A stretch of DNA of 57,627 bases from Candidatus Flemingiibacterium sp. GTDB taxonomy: Bacteria; Bacillota; Clostridia; Oscillospirales; CAG-272. Below the pieces are notes generated by a model, which worked only from the letters and a program-made list of their open reading frames with translations, searched no databases and was not told the origin of the DNA. The position numbers and the translations under genes were made by a program. Where the stretch lies: contig JAZNBZ010000160.1 in the NCBI GenBank assembly GCA_045587285.1, positions 1-57,627 of the forward strand. Reading direction: 5' to 3'. Positions 1 to 7,832 of the stretch are shown piece after piece; position 1 is the first letter of the stretch; the number at the start of each line of letters is the position of its first letter.

Positions 1-1476
1 CTTTTTGTGCTTACCTTCAGCCTCGACAGCCTTCTTGATAGTTTCGCGGTATGCGATCTTCGGCTTTTCGAGTACTACGGACGTACCAAAGCGGTTCTTT
101 AATTTCGCAACGAGCACGTCGAGGTGGATATCGCCGACACCGGATATAAGAAGCTGCTTGGTTTCAGCGTTGTTCTCGTAGCGTGTGGTGAGGTCCTCCT
201 CAAGAAGCATTGCGATACCCGAGGAGATCTTATCCTCGTCGCCCTTTGCGAGCGGCTTGATAGCCTGAGTGAGGAAGGGCTCGGGGAATGCGATGCCTCT
301 GTACTTAATATCCTTTGCGGATGCGGTGAGTGTGTCACCGGTGTTGGTTGCGGAAAGCTTTGCGATCATACCGATATCGCCGCAGCAGAGCGAGTCAACC
401 TCGGTCTGCTTCTTGCCGCGCATAGTGTAGATCTTAGCCATCTTTTCGTTTGTACCGTTCGTGGTGTTGCGCAGTACCATATCACGCGTCAGAGTGCCGT
501 TCATAACCTTAAAGAGCGACATCTTGCCAACGAACGGGTCAGCGACAGTCTTGAATACGAATATTGAGGTCTCGCCCTCGGGCTCGATCGCGATCTCGTC
601 CTCGCCGTCTGCGGTGACGATGGTTTCGGTCTTGCGAGCGGTCGGACGCGGGAAGGAGTTAGCGATGGTGTCGAGCACCGCGGTAACGCCCCACAGCTTT
701 GTAGCCGCGCCGCAGAATACGGGCACGATCTCGCCGTTGATAATGCCGTCGTGAACGGCGTTCATTGCTTCATTATACGTGATAGGCTCCTCGTTGAAGA
801 ACTTATCCATAAGGTCGTCGCTGGTCTGTGCGATGGACTCGTAGAGCATATTGCGGTATTCTGCCGCGATTTCCTTGAAGTCCTCGGGAATCTCGGAAAC
901 CATATTAGCACCGGTCTTGTCGTAGACCTCAGCCTTCATATCTATAAGATTAAGGAAGCCGATAACCTTGTCACCCTCGATCATCGGAATGAGAAGGGGA
1001 CATACGGTAACGCCGAACTTTTCGCGAAGCGAGTCGAATACTCTCTTAAATCTTGCCTCGCCGTCGTCAAAGCGGTTGATGAAGAATGCCTTCGGGATAC
1101 CTTCGGTTTCAGCGTAGTCCCAAGCAAGCTCTGTGCCGACCTCAACGCCGTTTCGTCCGTCAACGACGATAAGCGCGCTGTCCGCAACTCTTATACCCTC
1201 GAGCATTTCACCCGTAAAATCGAGATAGCCGGGAGTGTCAAGTATATTAACCTTGCTGTCCTGCCACGTGAGAGGCTCAACCGTTGTCGAGAGCGAAAAG
1301 CCGCGGCGGATTTCCTCGGGATCGTAGTCACTTACAGTATTTCCCTCGGGAGTTTTTCCGAGACGGTCGGTAGCTTTTGCGAGATAAAGCATAGCCTCGC
1401 AAAGCGAAGTCTTTCCGCTTCCTCCGTGGCCGAGTAAGGCAACGTTACGTATACTTTTTGTGGTGATCTTGTCCAT
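1..1476 (-). CDS. EF-G family translational GTPase paralog. Only the N-terminal 492 codons are present; the C-terminus lies beyond the window start.
   Basis: Absent from the ORF track because the frame stays open to position 1. Reading the reverse strand from the ATG at 1476 gives MDKITTKSIRNVALLGHGGSGKTSLCEAMLY...DTPGYLDFTGE...FINRFD. These are the G1 P-loop, G3 DxxG and G4 NxxD motifs in EF-G order. An AGGAG RBS is the complement of 1486-1490. Confidence 0.8.
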   Translation of the reverse strand, partial: MDKITTKSIRNVALLGHGGSGKTSLCEAMLYLAKATDRLGKTPEGNTVSDYDPEEIRRGFSLSTTVEPLTWQDSKVNILDTPGYLDFTGEMLEGIRVADSALIVVDGRNGVEVGTELAWDYAETEGIPKAFFINRFDDGEARFKRVFDSLREKFGVTVCPLLIPMIEGDKVIGFLNLIDMKAEVYDKTGANMVSEIPEDFKEIAAEYRNMLYESIAQTSDDLMDKFFNEEPITYNEAMNAVHDGIINGEIVPVFCGAATKLWGVTAVLDTIANSFPRPTARKTETIVTADGEDEIAIEPEGETSIFVFKTVADPFVGKMSLFKVMNGTLTRDMVLRNTTNGTNEKMAKIYTMRGKKQTEVDSLCCGDIGMIAKLSATNTGDTLTASAKDIKYRGIAFPEPFLTQAIKPLAKGDEDKISSGIAMLLEEDLTTRYENNAETKQLLISGVGDIHLDVLVAKLKNRFGTSVVLEKPKIAYRETIKKAVEAEGKHKK

Positions 1477-1713
1477 TGTGAGATGCTCCTTTTCTGCATA
1501 TTTTATATAGGGAAATTATCCGCCCGTGCGCCGTTTTTGCACCGGACTCAGGTAGGCGAATATATATAATTTCTACTCATTTGTTAATAAATCATAATAT
1601 TCGATAACTGACTACATCATATATTATACATTATGCGAGGCGATTTTTCAAGGGGTTTAGGGAAAATAATGGCTATGTGGGCATAGAAATCAAAGCTCTG
1701 TTTTTGTGTATTT

Positions 1714-2673
1714 TCAACAATAAAGCTTACCCTGCCACGTGTCGCGCGAGTACATCATCTTGTCTATAGTGTTCATCACGACGAGCTTTTTGCGGCTCCA
1801 CAAGGGCGCGATAAGCGTGTCTGCCATACCGTCGCCCGTAAGCCTGCCGATGGCCGTTTCGGGCGGCATTACCTCAAGCTGACGCACCACGGTGTCGGCG
1901 TACGCTTCAAGCGACATACATTCGAACTCGCCGCGCGCGTACGTCTTGGCAAGCGGTGTGCCGTCGATAACGTGCAGGAGGTGCAGCTTTAATTGGTCGG
2001 GCTTCAGCGCGGCGACCGCCTTTGCGGACTCGAGCATCATATCGGCGCTCTCGTGCGGCAGACCGTTTATGAGGTGAACGCCGATGCTAATTTTGCCCGA
2101 GGCACGGCGTAGCTTTTCGTAGCCCTCCACGAACTCTGCGAAGGTGTGACCGCGGTTTATAAGCGCGGCAGTGGAGTCGTGGGCTGTCTGAAGCCCGAGC
2201 TCTACCGTCAAAAACGTGCGCTCGGCAAGGTCGGCGAGGTACTCGCAAACGCTGTCCCCGAGGCAGTCCGCACGTGTCGCTATGCTGATGCCGACGGTTT
2301 CGGGAAAAGCGAGCGCAGATTCGAATTTTTCGCGCAAAACGTCCACGGGTGCGTACGTATTGGTGAACGCTTGAAAATAAGCGATGCCGAGAGGGTGTGC
2401 CCATTTTTCGGAGAGCTTTTCGTATGCCGCCGAGAGCTGCTTTACTATCGGCGTCGCGCTGTCCGTACAGAAGTCGCCCGAGCCGCGCGCGGAGCAGTAG
2501 ATGCAACCGCCCACGCCGCGCGTACCGTCGCGGTTGGGGCAGGTGAAGCCGGCATCGACGGGAAGCTTCGCGCATTTCGCGCCGAATTTTTGGCGGAGAA
2601 AATAGTCGTATGAATGGTAGCGCTTGTTAGAGTCGCTAAAGGGGAAGGGATTGGTGTCTTTTTGTGTCGGCAT
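1714..2673 (-). CDS. TIGR01212-family radical SAM protein (YhcC-like)
   Basis: 319-aa ORF with N-terminal FTCPNRDGTRGVGGCIYC, the Cys cluster typical of this family. GGAGG RBS upstream of the ATG. Confidence 0.75.
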   Translation of the reverse strand: MPTQKDTNPFPFSDSNKRYHSYDYFLRQKFGAKCAKLPVDAGFTCPNRDGTRGVGGCIYCSARGSGDFCTDSATPIVKQLSAAYEKLSEKWAHPLGIAYFQAFTNTYAPVDVLREKFESALAFPETVGISIATRADCLGDSVCEYLADLAERTFLTVELGLQTAHDSTAALINRGHTFAEFVEGYEKLRRASGKISIGVHLINGLPHESADMMLESAKAVAALKPDQLKLHLLHVIDGTPLAKTYARGEFECMSLEAYADTVVRQLEVMPPETAIGRLTGDGMADTLIAPLWSRKKLVVMNTIDKMMYSRDTWQGKLYC

Positions 2674-2763
2674 AGCATACCTCCGCTTGGTTTATTGTAT
2701 ATATGATAGCATAAGCGCGAAGGGTTTTCAAGCGGTATTTTGCAAAAATTTAAAGAAACCCCT

Positions 2764-2794
2764 TGACAAAACGGCGCGAGTGTGGTATCATAAT
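2764..2794 (+). promoter_or_regulatory. sigmaA-type promoter for tRNA-Gly
   Basis: TTGACA at 2764-2769. The -10 is either TATCAT at 2786-2791 (16-nt spacer) or CATAAT at 2789-2794. It lies about 15-20 nt upstream of the tRNA 5' end. Confidence 0.6.
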
Positions 2795-2808
2795 TGAGTA
2801 CCGAATAT

Positions 2809-2882
<74 letters not shown>

Positions 2883-2888
2883 ATAAAA

Positions 2889-2919
2889 AACGAGAGGACC
2901 TTGTGTCCTCTCGTTTTTT
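2889..2919 (+). terminator. intrinsic terminator after tRNA-Gly
   Basis: Stem ACGAGAGGA / TCCTCTCGT with a 7-nt loop, followed by a T-run. Confidence 0.85.
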
Positions 2920-3002
2920 ATTGCGTGTTGGTGGGGCAGAGAAGTCCGCTTCAAGGATGCATTGCATCCTTGGTGCAGTCAGGCGCGAAGCGGCTTACTG
3001 CC

Positions 3003-3029
3003 GTGGGTAATCGATTCCCATCACTCGCT
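3003..3029 (+). repeat. partial direct duplicate of the tRNA-Gly T-arm and 3' acceptor end
   Basis: TCGATTCCCATCACTCGCT at 3011-3029 is identical to 2861-2879, exactly 150 bp upstream. Similarity extends 5' through GTGGGT with a 2-nt AA insertion. No matching 5' acceptor half is present. Confidence 0.8.
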
Positions 3030-3070
3030 TTTCGCTTGACATTCTGCAAGGATTGTGCTATAATGTTGAC

Positions 3071-3149
3071 GTTGCCACGGTTGGGCCGCACGGTTGTACC
3101 CGCACGCATTGTGCCGGAGGTTCCGTTCCCAGTGGCAACTATTTTTTTT
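3071..3149 (+). ncRNA. candidate small RNA 1 (unidentified family)
   Basis: Perfect extended promoter: TTGACA 3036-3041, 17-nt spacer, TGcTATAAT 3056-3064. The transcript of about 80 nt is closed by an 8-bp stem, GTTGCCAC (3071-3078) with GTGGCAAC (3132-3139), followed by TATTTTTTTT. There is no credible ORF and no same-strand gene downstream. Confidence 0.5.
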
Positions 3150-3213
3150 GCGTTTTTCAAATATCGCTTGCGCTCGTATTGACATCTGTGTGAATAAGGT
3201 GTATAATACTATC

Positions 3214-3350
3214 GCGAGGAGCTGCTTGACTGTTAGGAAGTGTGGGACGATGGTGCCCTACTGCTAACGACTTAGTGTCTCCTCCGAAAAGGTGCGCTGC
3301 TTGAACCCAAAAGCACAATGCTGCTGGAGGCACTTCGTAGCGCACTTTTT
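3214..3350 (+). ncRNA. candidate small RNA 2 (unidentified family)
   Basis: Promoter: TTGACA 3179-3184, 17-nt spacer, TATAAT 3202-3207. The transcript is about 135 nt. It has a GAGGAG (3216-3221) / CTCCTC (3279-3284) helix. A terminal stem GTGCGCT...AGCGCAC is followed by TTTTT (ending at 3350). The only ORF is a trivial 5 codons. Confidence 0.5.
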
Positions 3351-3386
3351 CTTGACAAGTTAGTCAAAGCGTGTTATACTAACAAT

Positions 3387-3459
3387 ACAGTCTTGATACG
3401 GGTAACACCGTGTGGTTTTGTACCAGCCTGACTGTATGCGGCCGTTTGGCCGCTTTTTT
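3387..3459 (+). ncRNA. candidate small RNA 3 (unidentified family)
   Basis: Promoter: TTGACA 3352-3357, 17-nt spacer, TATACT 3375-3380. Closing stem is ATACAGTC/GACTGTAT. Internal hairpins are ACGG-GTAACA-CCGT and GGT-TTTGT-ACC. The terminator is GCGGCC-GTTT-GGCCGC plus TTTTTT. It shares a GGTT(TT)GTACC hairpin motif with small RNA 1. Confidence 0.5.
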
Positions 3460-3488
3460 ATTGCGTGTCGTGTCGGCGGGGGAGAATT

Positions 3489-4241
3489 CTATTTTGCAAC
3501 CTCAATAAACTCAATATGGCCGTATTTCGCCTTAAACTCGTCGCTGAATATGTGGTCGGTTACGATTATATCTACGTCATTTGCGTCCATAACGACGCTC
3601 TTTGAGTCTATGTCTACCTTCGTGTGGTCTGCTAAATATATCACTTTCTTTGAGTTTTGCGCCATTACGTTAAGGATGAGATTATATCTTCCGCCGCCGC
3701 CGATTTCACCGTTTGAGGAGATACTGTGCGTTGAAAAGAAGAACTTGTCCGCTTTATAGCACATCGCGTTTTTGACGCACAGATCACCGCCGAGCATTGC
3801 GGGCGGCTCGTACATCTCTCCGCCAAGACAGATGATTTTTATATTTGAAAAATTACTCATTTGTGCGACGATTGCTATATTGCTCGTTATTACCGTAATA
3901 TCCTTTTTGCCTATGAGATACGGTACCATAAATTCCGTCGTGGACGAGGCGTCTATGAAAATAACGTCCCCGTCGCGGACAAGCTCTGCCGCCGCCTTGC
4001 ATATATGCTTCTTCTCGCTTTTCATCTTATGGTATCTGAATATAAGCGGAATGCCTTTTTTCTCTACAAGCTCAACGCCGCCGTAGCTGCGTTTTATGAG
4101 GTTTTGCTTCGCCATAAAGTTGAGATCGCGGTTTACGGTGGCTTTACTGTAGCCAAGCGTATCGCAAAGATATTTTACGTCAACGTACGTTTTTTCGCGG
4201 AGGATCTCGAGTATTTTATCCGTGCGCTCCTTTTGATACAT
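3489..4241 (-). CDS. DeoR/GlpR family transcriptional regulator
   Basis: 250 aa. N-terminal wHTH (ILEILREKTYVDVKYLCDTLGYSKATVNRDLNFM) and a C-terminal sugar-phosphate sensor-like region (IFIDASSTT). AGGAG RBS. Confidence 0.8.
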   Translation of the reverse strand: MYQKERTDKILEILREKTYVDVKYLCDTLGYSKATVNRDLNFMAKQNLIKRSYGGVELVEKKGIPLIFRYHKMKSEKKHICKAAAELVRDGDVIFIDASSTTEFMVPYLIGKKDITVITSNIAIVAQMSNFSNIKIICLGGEMYEPPAMLGGDLCVKNAMCYKADKFFFSTHSISSNGEIGGGGRYNLILNVMAQNSKKVIYLADHTKVDIDSKSVVMDANDVDIIVTDHIFSDEFKAKYGHIEFIEVAK

Positions 4242-4376
4242 AGCCTATTTCACTCCTTACGGTGCCGTGAGACTTTTTGAGATTTTCTCTTTTTTGTGAA
4301 CCTGCTTGACATTTTCGCGAGCGTGTAATACCATTATACAGTATAATATAAGAAAATTCAAGGGGGAATTTATACG

Positions 4377-5588
4377 GTGAACAAGGAAAAAAAGTCCGAG
4401 CTTAACAAAGCGGTGCAGGTCGGAACGGTCTGCGTGGGCGCGTATATGGTCAGATACTATATGAAGAATATACTTAGCGTCGTATCTCCCGAAATGCAAA
4501 GAGATGCGCTTTACTCCAAGGGAACGCTTGGCATTCTTACCTCGGCGTACACGGTTGCCTATGCGATAGGACAGCTTCTCAACGGCACTATCGGCGACGT
4601 CGTGAAGCCTAAGCTTATGATAACGCTCGGTATGGCGATATGCGGCATTTCGAGCGTATGCTTTTCGTTTACCGCAGTACCGATAATACAAATACTCCTT
4701 TTTGCTCTGATGGGCTTTTCGCTGTCTATGCTCCGCGGTCCGCTCGTGAAAACGATTTCGGAGAATACGAGCGCAAAGCATTCGCGCGTTATTTGCACGT
4801 TCTTCTCCTTTTCGAGCTTTGCGGGACCGCTTATTGCAAGTCTTATTTCGATGTTCTTCGATTGGAAAACGACCTTCATAGTTGCCGGCGGTATTGCGCT
4901 TTTGTTATGCGTGCTCGTGTATTTGGTATTTACCGTGTTCGAGCGAAAGGGAAGAATTACGTACAATTTACATTCCTCGGAGAAAAAGACGGGCGCATTT
5001 AAAAATATTTTTAAGGTATTCACCCTGCGCGGCTTCGTGTTTTATACGTTAGTCGGAGCGTTGGCGGAAATTTCATCGACGTCGATAAACTTCTGGCTTC
5101 CGACGTACTATACGGAGCAGCTTCTCGTTAGCGACGCGAGCGCAAAGATCATTTATACCGTGACGTCGTTCGTAAAAGCGGCGGTGCCGTTCTTTACGCT
5201 TTTTCTGTTTGGGTTATTCAAAGAAAAGGACGTTAAAATGATACGAATTATGTACGCTTTGGCGGCGCTTTTCTTCGGCGGTACGCTGTTTACCCTTGAG
5301 CTGACCTATTTGAATATATTACTGCTGCTTTTGGCGCAGGTGTCGATCGGCGTTACATCCTCTCTGCTTTGGAGCATTTACATCCCCTCGCAGAGAGAAA
5401 GCGGTATGGTTTCAACCGTAAACGGCGTGCTCGATTTTTCGGGCTACGTTTTCGCCTCGGTAGCCAACGTCGTTTTCTCGCACGCGATAGGCGGACTCGG
5501 CTGGAGCGGCATTATTTCGGTGTGGATGCTTTTGGCGATAGGCGGACTTGTTGTAGCTGTCTTTACGAAGGAGAAAAATAAAGCATAA
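4377..5588 (+). CDS. MFS transporter
   Basis: 403 aa, with about 12 hydrophobic segments in a 6+6 arrangement around a central loop. GTG start preceded by AAGGGGGA. Substrate is not inferable. Confidence 0.7.
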   Translation: MNKEKKSELNKAVQVGTVCVGAYMVRYYMKNILSVVSPEMQRDALYSKGTLGILTSAYTVAYAIGQLLNGTIGDVVKPKLMITLGMAICGISSVCFSFTAVPIIQILLFALMGFSLSMLRGPLVKTISENTSAKHSRVICTFFSFSSFAGPLIASLISMFFDWKTTFIVAGGIALLLCVLVYLVFTVFERKGRITYNLHSSEKKTGAFKNIFKVFTLRGFVFYTLVGALAEISSTSINFWLPTYYTEQLLVSDASAKIIYTVTSFVKAAVPFFTLFLFGLFKEKDVKMIRIMYALAALFFGGTLFTLELTYLNILLLLLAQVSIGVTSSLLWSIYIPSQRESGMVSTVNGVLDFSGYVFASVANVVFSHAIGGLGWSGIISVWMLLAIGGLVVAVFTKEKNKA

Positions 5589-5625
5589 CGAACGAAGCCT
5601 CTCGCACAAGCGAGAGGCTTATCCT

Positions 5626-6486
5626 TTAACTGTCGTTTTCGCGCTTGAACACGCCGGGAGTTACACCGCAGTGACGCTTGAAGAAGGATACGAACGACGA
5701 CTCATTCTCAAAGCCGAGCATATATCCGATCTCCTTGATGCTGTATCTGTCCTGCAAAAGCAGAAGCTGTGCGTTTTTGACGCGCGAGCGGGTTATGTAT
5801 TCAAACACGGTCATACCCGTGCTGGTTTTGAATATGCGTCCGAGCTGCTTTGCGCAAAGGCAGCATTCCTTGGCAACGTCGTCGGTCGTTATTACGCGGT
5901 TTAAGCTTTTGTCGATATACTGCTTTGCGACCAAAACGCGCGGGTCTATCTCTCTGTAATCCGTCTGCAAAATAGGCGTTCCGATAGCCTTGCATACCGA
6001 GTAGATTATCTCAAGCACGCGTCCGCTTACGATATTCGGCACGAACACGTCCTTGCTTTCGCTATGCTTCAAAATAAAGTCTACGTTTGGCGCAACGTCG
6101 TCGGGAATCTTAAATTTTATCGGTGCGCCGTCGAGCGTTATCGGCGGCGGAAAGGATTCGTTAAACGAGAACGCGAGTGTTGCTTTGAGAAAATGCCCCG
6201 TGGATTTTATGTAGCGGTGAGGCGTGCGCGGCGGCAGGAACAGAGCGTAGCCCTCCTTGAGCTCGATTAAATCGTTGCCGTGCTCGTAATACGCCGTGCC
6301 TGCGAACATCAAAAACATCTCGTAGAACGAGTGCGTGTGCACGTCAAGGCAGATGCGTCCGTCCATATTCTCGTTGGTTATCGTGTCGAACCACATCATT
6401 TTTAATTTAACGGGCCCCTCCATAGCAGGGCGGTTCATACGGTAGAGCTCTTCCGCGCGGTTTGGCGTATATTCGGTTATCTTCAT
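5626..6486 (-). CDS. AraC family transcriptional regulator (cupin sensor plus HTH)
   Basis: 286 aa. N-terminal cupin-like region (HTHSFYEMF...PPRTPHRY). C-terminal dual HTH (IKEIGYMLGFENESSFVSFFKRHCGVTP). Confidence 0.85.
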   Translation of the reverse strand: MKITEYTPNRAEELYRMNRPAMEGPVKLKMMWFDTITNENMDGRICLDVHTHSFYEMFLMFAGTAYYEHGNDLIELKEGYALFLPPRTPHRYIKSTGHFLKATLAFSFNESFPPPITLDGAPIKFKIPDDVAPNVDFILKHSESKDVFVPNIVSGRVLEIIYSVCKAIGTPILQTDYREIDPRVLVAKQYIDKSLNRVITTDDVAKECCLCAKQLGRIFKTSTGMTVFEYITRSRVKNAQLLLLQDRYSIKEIGYMLGFENESSFVSFFKRHCGVTPGVFKRENDS

Positions 6487-6636
6487 AGGCGTTGGCTCCT
6501 TTCACCGTTTTATGATACTATTATACATAAAAAAGCGCCTTTTGTCAAGAAAATGTCCGCAATGGGTAAATTTTTGTCCGCATATGAAATTGACAAAAAA
6601 TACTACGTGTGGTACTCTTGTTTTGAGGTGAATTTT

Positions 6637-7410
6637 ATGTTAAAGCAAAAAATATTAAACAAGGAAAAGACTGTCGGTATGTACGTTCAGCTCTCCGACG
6701 TCAGCATCTCGCGCATAGCGGGACTTGCGGGCTACGACTTTGTTTGGGTTGACACCGAGCACAGCTATATGTCGCACGAAACGCTGCTCGGTCACATAAT
6801 GGCGCTTCGCTCGACGGGTACGCCTATCATCGTCCGCGTGCCGCAGGACGACCTTTCTGCAACCAAGCACGTGCTTGATATGGGCGTTGACGGTATAATC
6901 TTCCCGATGATACGCACGGCAGAGGATGCGAACCGCGTGATATCGTGGACGCTTTATCCGCCCGAGGGCGAGCGCGGCTTCGGTCCTATGAATGCGAACG
7001 ACTACGGCTTCACGCCTGCGTTTGAATACACGAAGAAAACGCGTGACACCCTTTGCCGCTTTATACAGATCGAGCACAAGGACGCTATCGACAACCTTGA
7101 CGAGATAATGAAGAACCCGTACGTTGACGGCTATATCTTCGGCCCGAACGACCTGTCGGGTTCGTACGGTATGCTCGGCGAGTTCCTCTCGGATAAGATA
7201 ACGAGCGTTATGAGGGACGCTATCGACAAGCTTCACCAAAACGGCAAGTACGTTGCTATAGCGTCGGGCGGATATTCAGACGAAATACTCGAGCATTGGA
7301 GCAGCTTTGGCGTGGAGATGCTGTCGGCAGGCGCGGACTTTGATTTCCTTCGCGACTGTGCGAGAAGAAATCGCGAAAGCCTCGAGAGAATACACAAGAC
7401 CGAACGATAA
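6637..7410 (+). CDS. HpcH/HpaI family 2-keto-3-deoxy-acid aldolase
   Basis: The ORF track starts at 6553. I prefer the in-frame ATG at 6637, which has a GAGGTG RBS 6 nt upstream. Family-typical motifs: GYDFVWVDTEHS, VRVP, GIIFPMI and IQIEH. Confidence 0.75.
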   Translation: MLKQKILNKEKTVGMYVQLSDVSISRIAGLAGYDFVWVDTEHSYMSHETLLGHIMALRSTGTPIIVRVPQDDLSATKHVLDMGVDGIIFPMIRTAEDANRVISWTLYPPEGERGFGPMNANDYGFTPAFEYTKKTRDTLCRFIQIEHKDAIDNLDEIMKNPYVDGYIFGPNDLSGSYGMLGEFLSDKITSVMRDAIDKLHQNGKYVAIASGGYSDEILEHWSSFGVEMLSAGADFDFLRDCARRNRESLERIHKTER

Positions 7411-7440
7411 AACGAAAACGGCAGAGTCCACACTCTGCCG

Positions 7441-7683
7441 TTATTTTATCTCCTGCTCGAGGTTTGAAAATTCGTCAGTTGCGAAAAATTCCGCAAGCGA
7501 GATGCCAAGTCCGTCGCACAGCATCTTTATGGTGACGATTCCGGGATTTTTGCTTTTGCCGTACAGTATATTCTTTATTGTAGACGGCGGCACAGCCGCC
7601 TCCATTGCCAGCTTGTGTATAGACATTCCTTTTTGCTCGCACAAAACCAGCAAGCGGTTCTTTACGGTCGTATACGTATTCAT
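7441..7683 (-). CDS. XRE family helix-turn-helix transcriptional regulator (80 aa)
   Basis: HTH_3-like LCEQKGMSIHKLAMEAAVPPSTIKNILYG. Preferred start is the ATG at 7683 with a GGAGGG RBS. The track start at 7695 lacks an RBS. Confidence 0.75.
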   Translation of the reverse strand: MNTYTTVKNRLLVLCEQKGMSIHKLAMEAAVPPSTIKNILYGKSKNPGIVTIKMLCDGLGISLAEFFATDEFSNLEQEIK

Positions 7684-7712
7684 ATGTCCCTCCATTTATC
7701 TTATAGGCTAAT

Positions 7713-7745
7713 TATAGCCCATTTAACCAAAACATATGGGCTATA
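7713..7745. promoter_or_regulatory. candidate operator: 9-bp perfect inverted repeat upstream of the XRE gene
   Basis: TATAGCCCA (7713-7721) and TGGGCTATA (7737-7745), separated by 15 nt. It lies 30-60 bp upstream of the XRE start codon. Confidence 0.4.
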
Positions 7746-7777
7746 TATGATACAACCGCAAGCGCCTCACTTTAAAT

Positions 7778-7794
7778 TGTCGTTTTTTGTCGAA
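7778..7794 (+). promoter_or_regulatory. tandem Spo0A-box-like pair (TGTCGTT + TGTCGAA, 10-bp phase)
   Basis: TGTCGTT at 7778-7784 and TGTCGAA at 7788-7794. The pair lies between the spoIVA terminator and the XRE gene promoter region. Confidence 0.45.
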
Positions 7795-7826
7795 AAAATA
7801 AAATCGGCTTGCGCGTGGCGCAAGCC
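7793..7826 (-). terminator. intrinsic terminator of spoIVA
   Basis: Stem GGCTTGCGC/GCGCAAGCC (7806-7826) with a 3-nt loop, followed on the minus strand by a U-rich tract (plus-strand A-run 7793-7805). Confidence 0.8.
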
Positions 7827-7832
7827 GTGTGT

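Noticed and set aside
2923-3033. Second tRNA, tmRNA or tRNA-like gene ending in the duplicated T-arm and acceptor sequence
   Set aside because: The candidate 5' acceptor half (GCGTGTT) pairs at only 5 of 7 positions. The would-be anticodon arm is a 9-bp stem with a 3-nt loop. The T-loop is 9 nt long and no CCA or discriminator context is present. I treat it as an att-like fragment instead.
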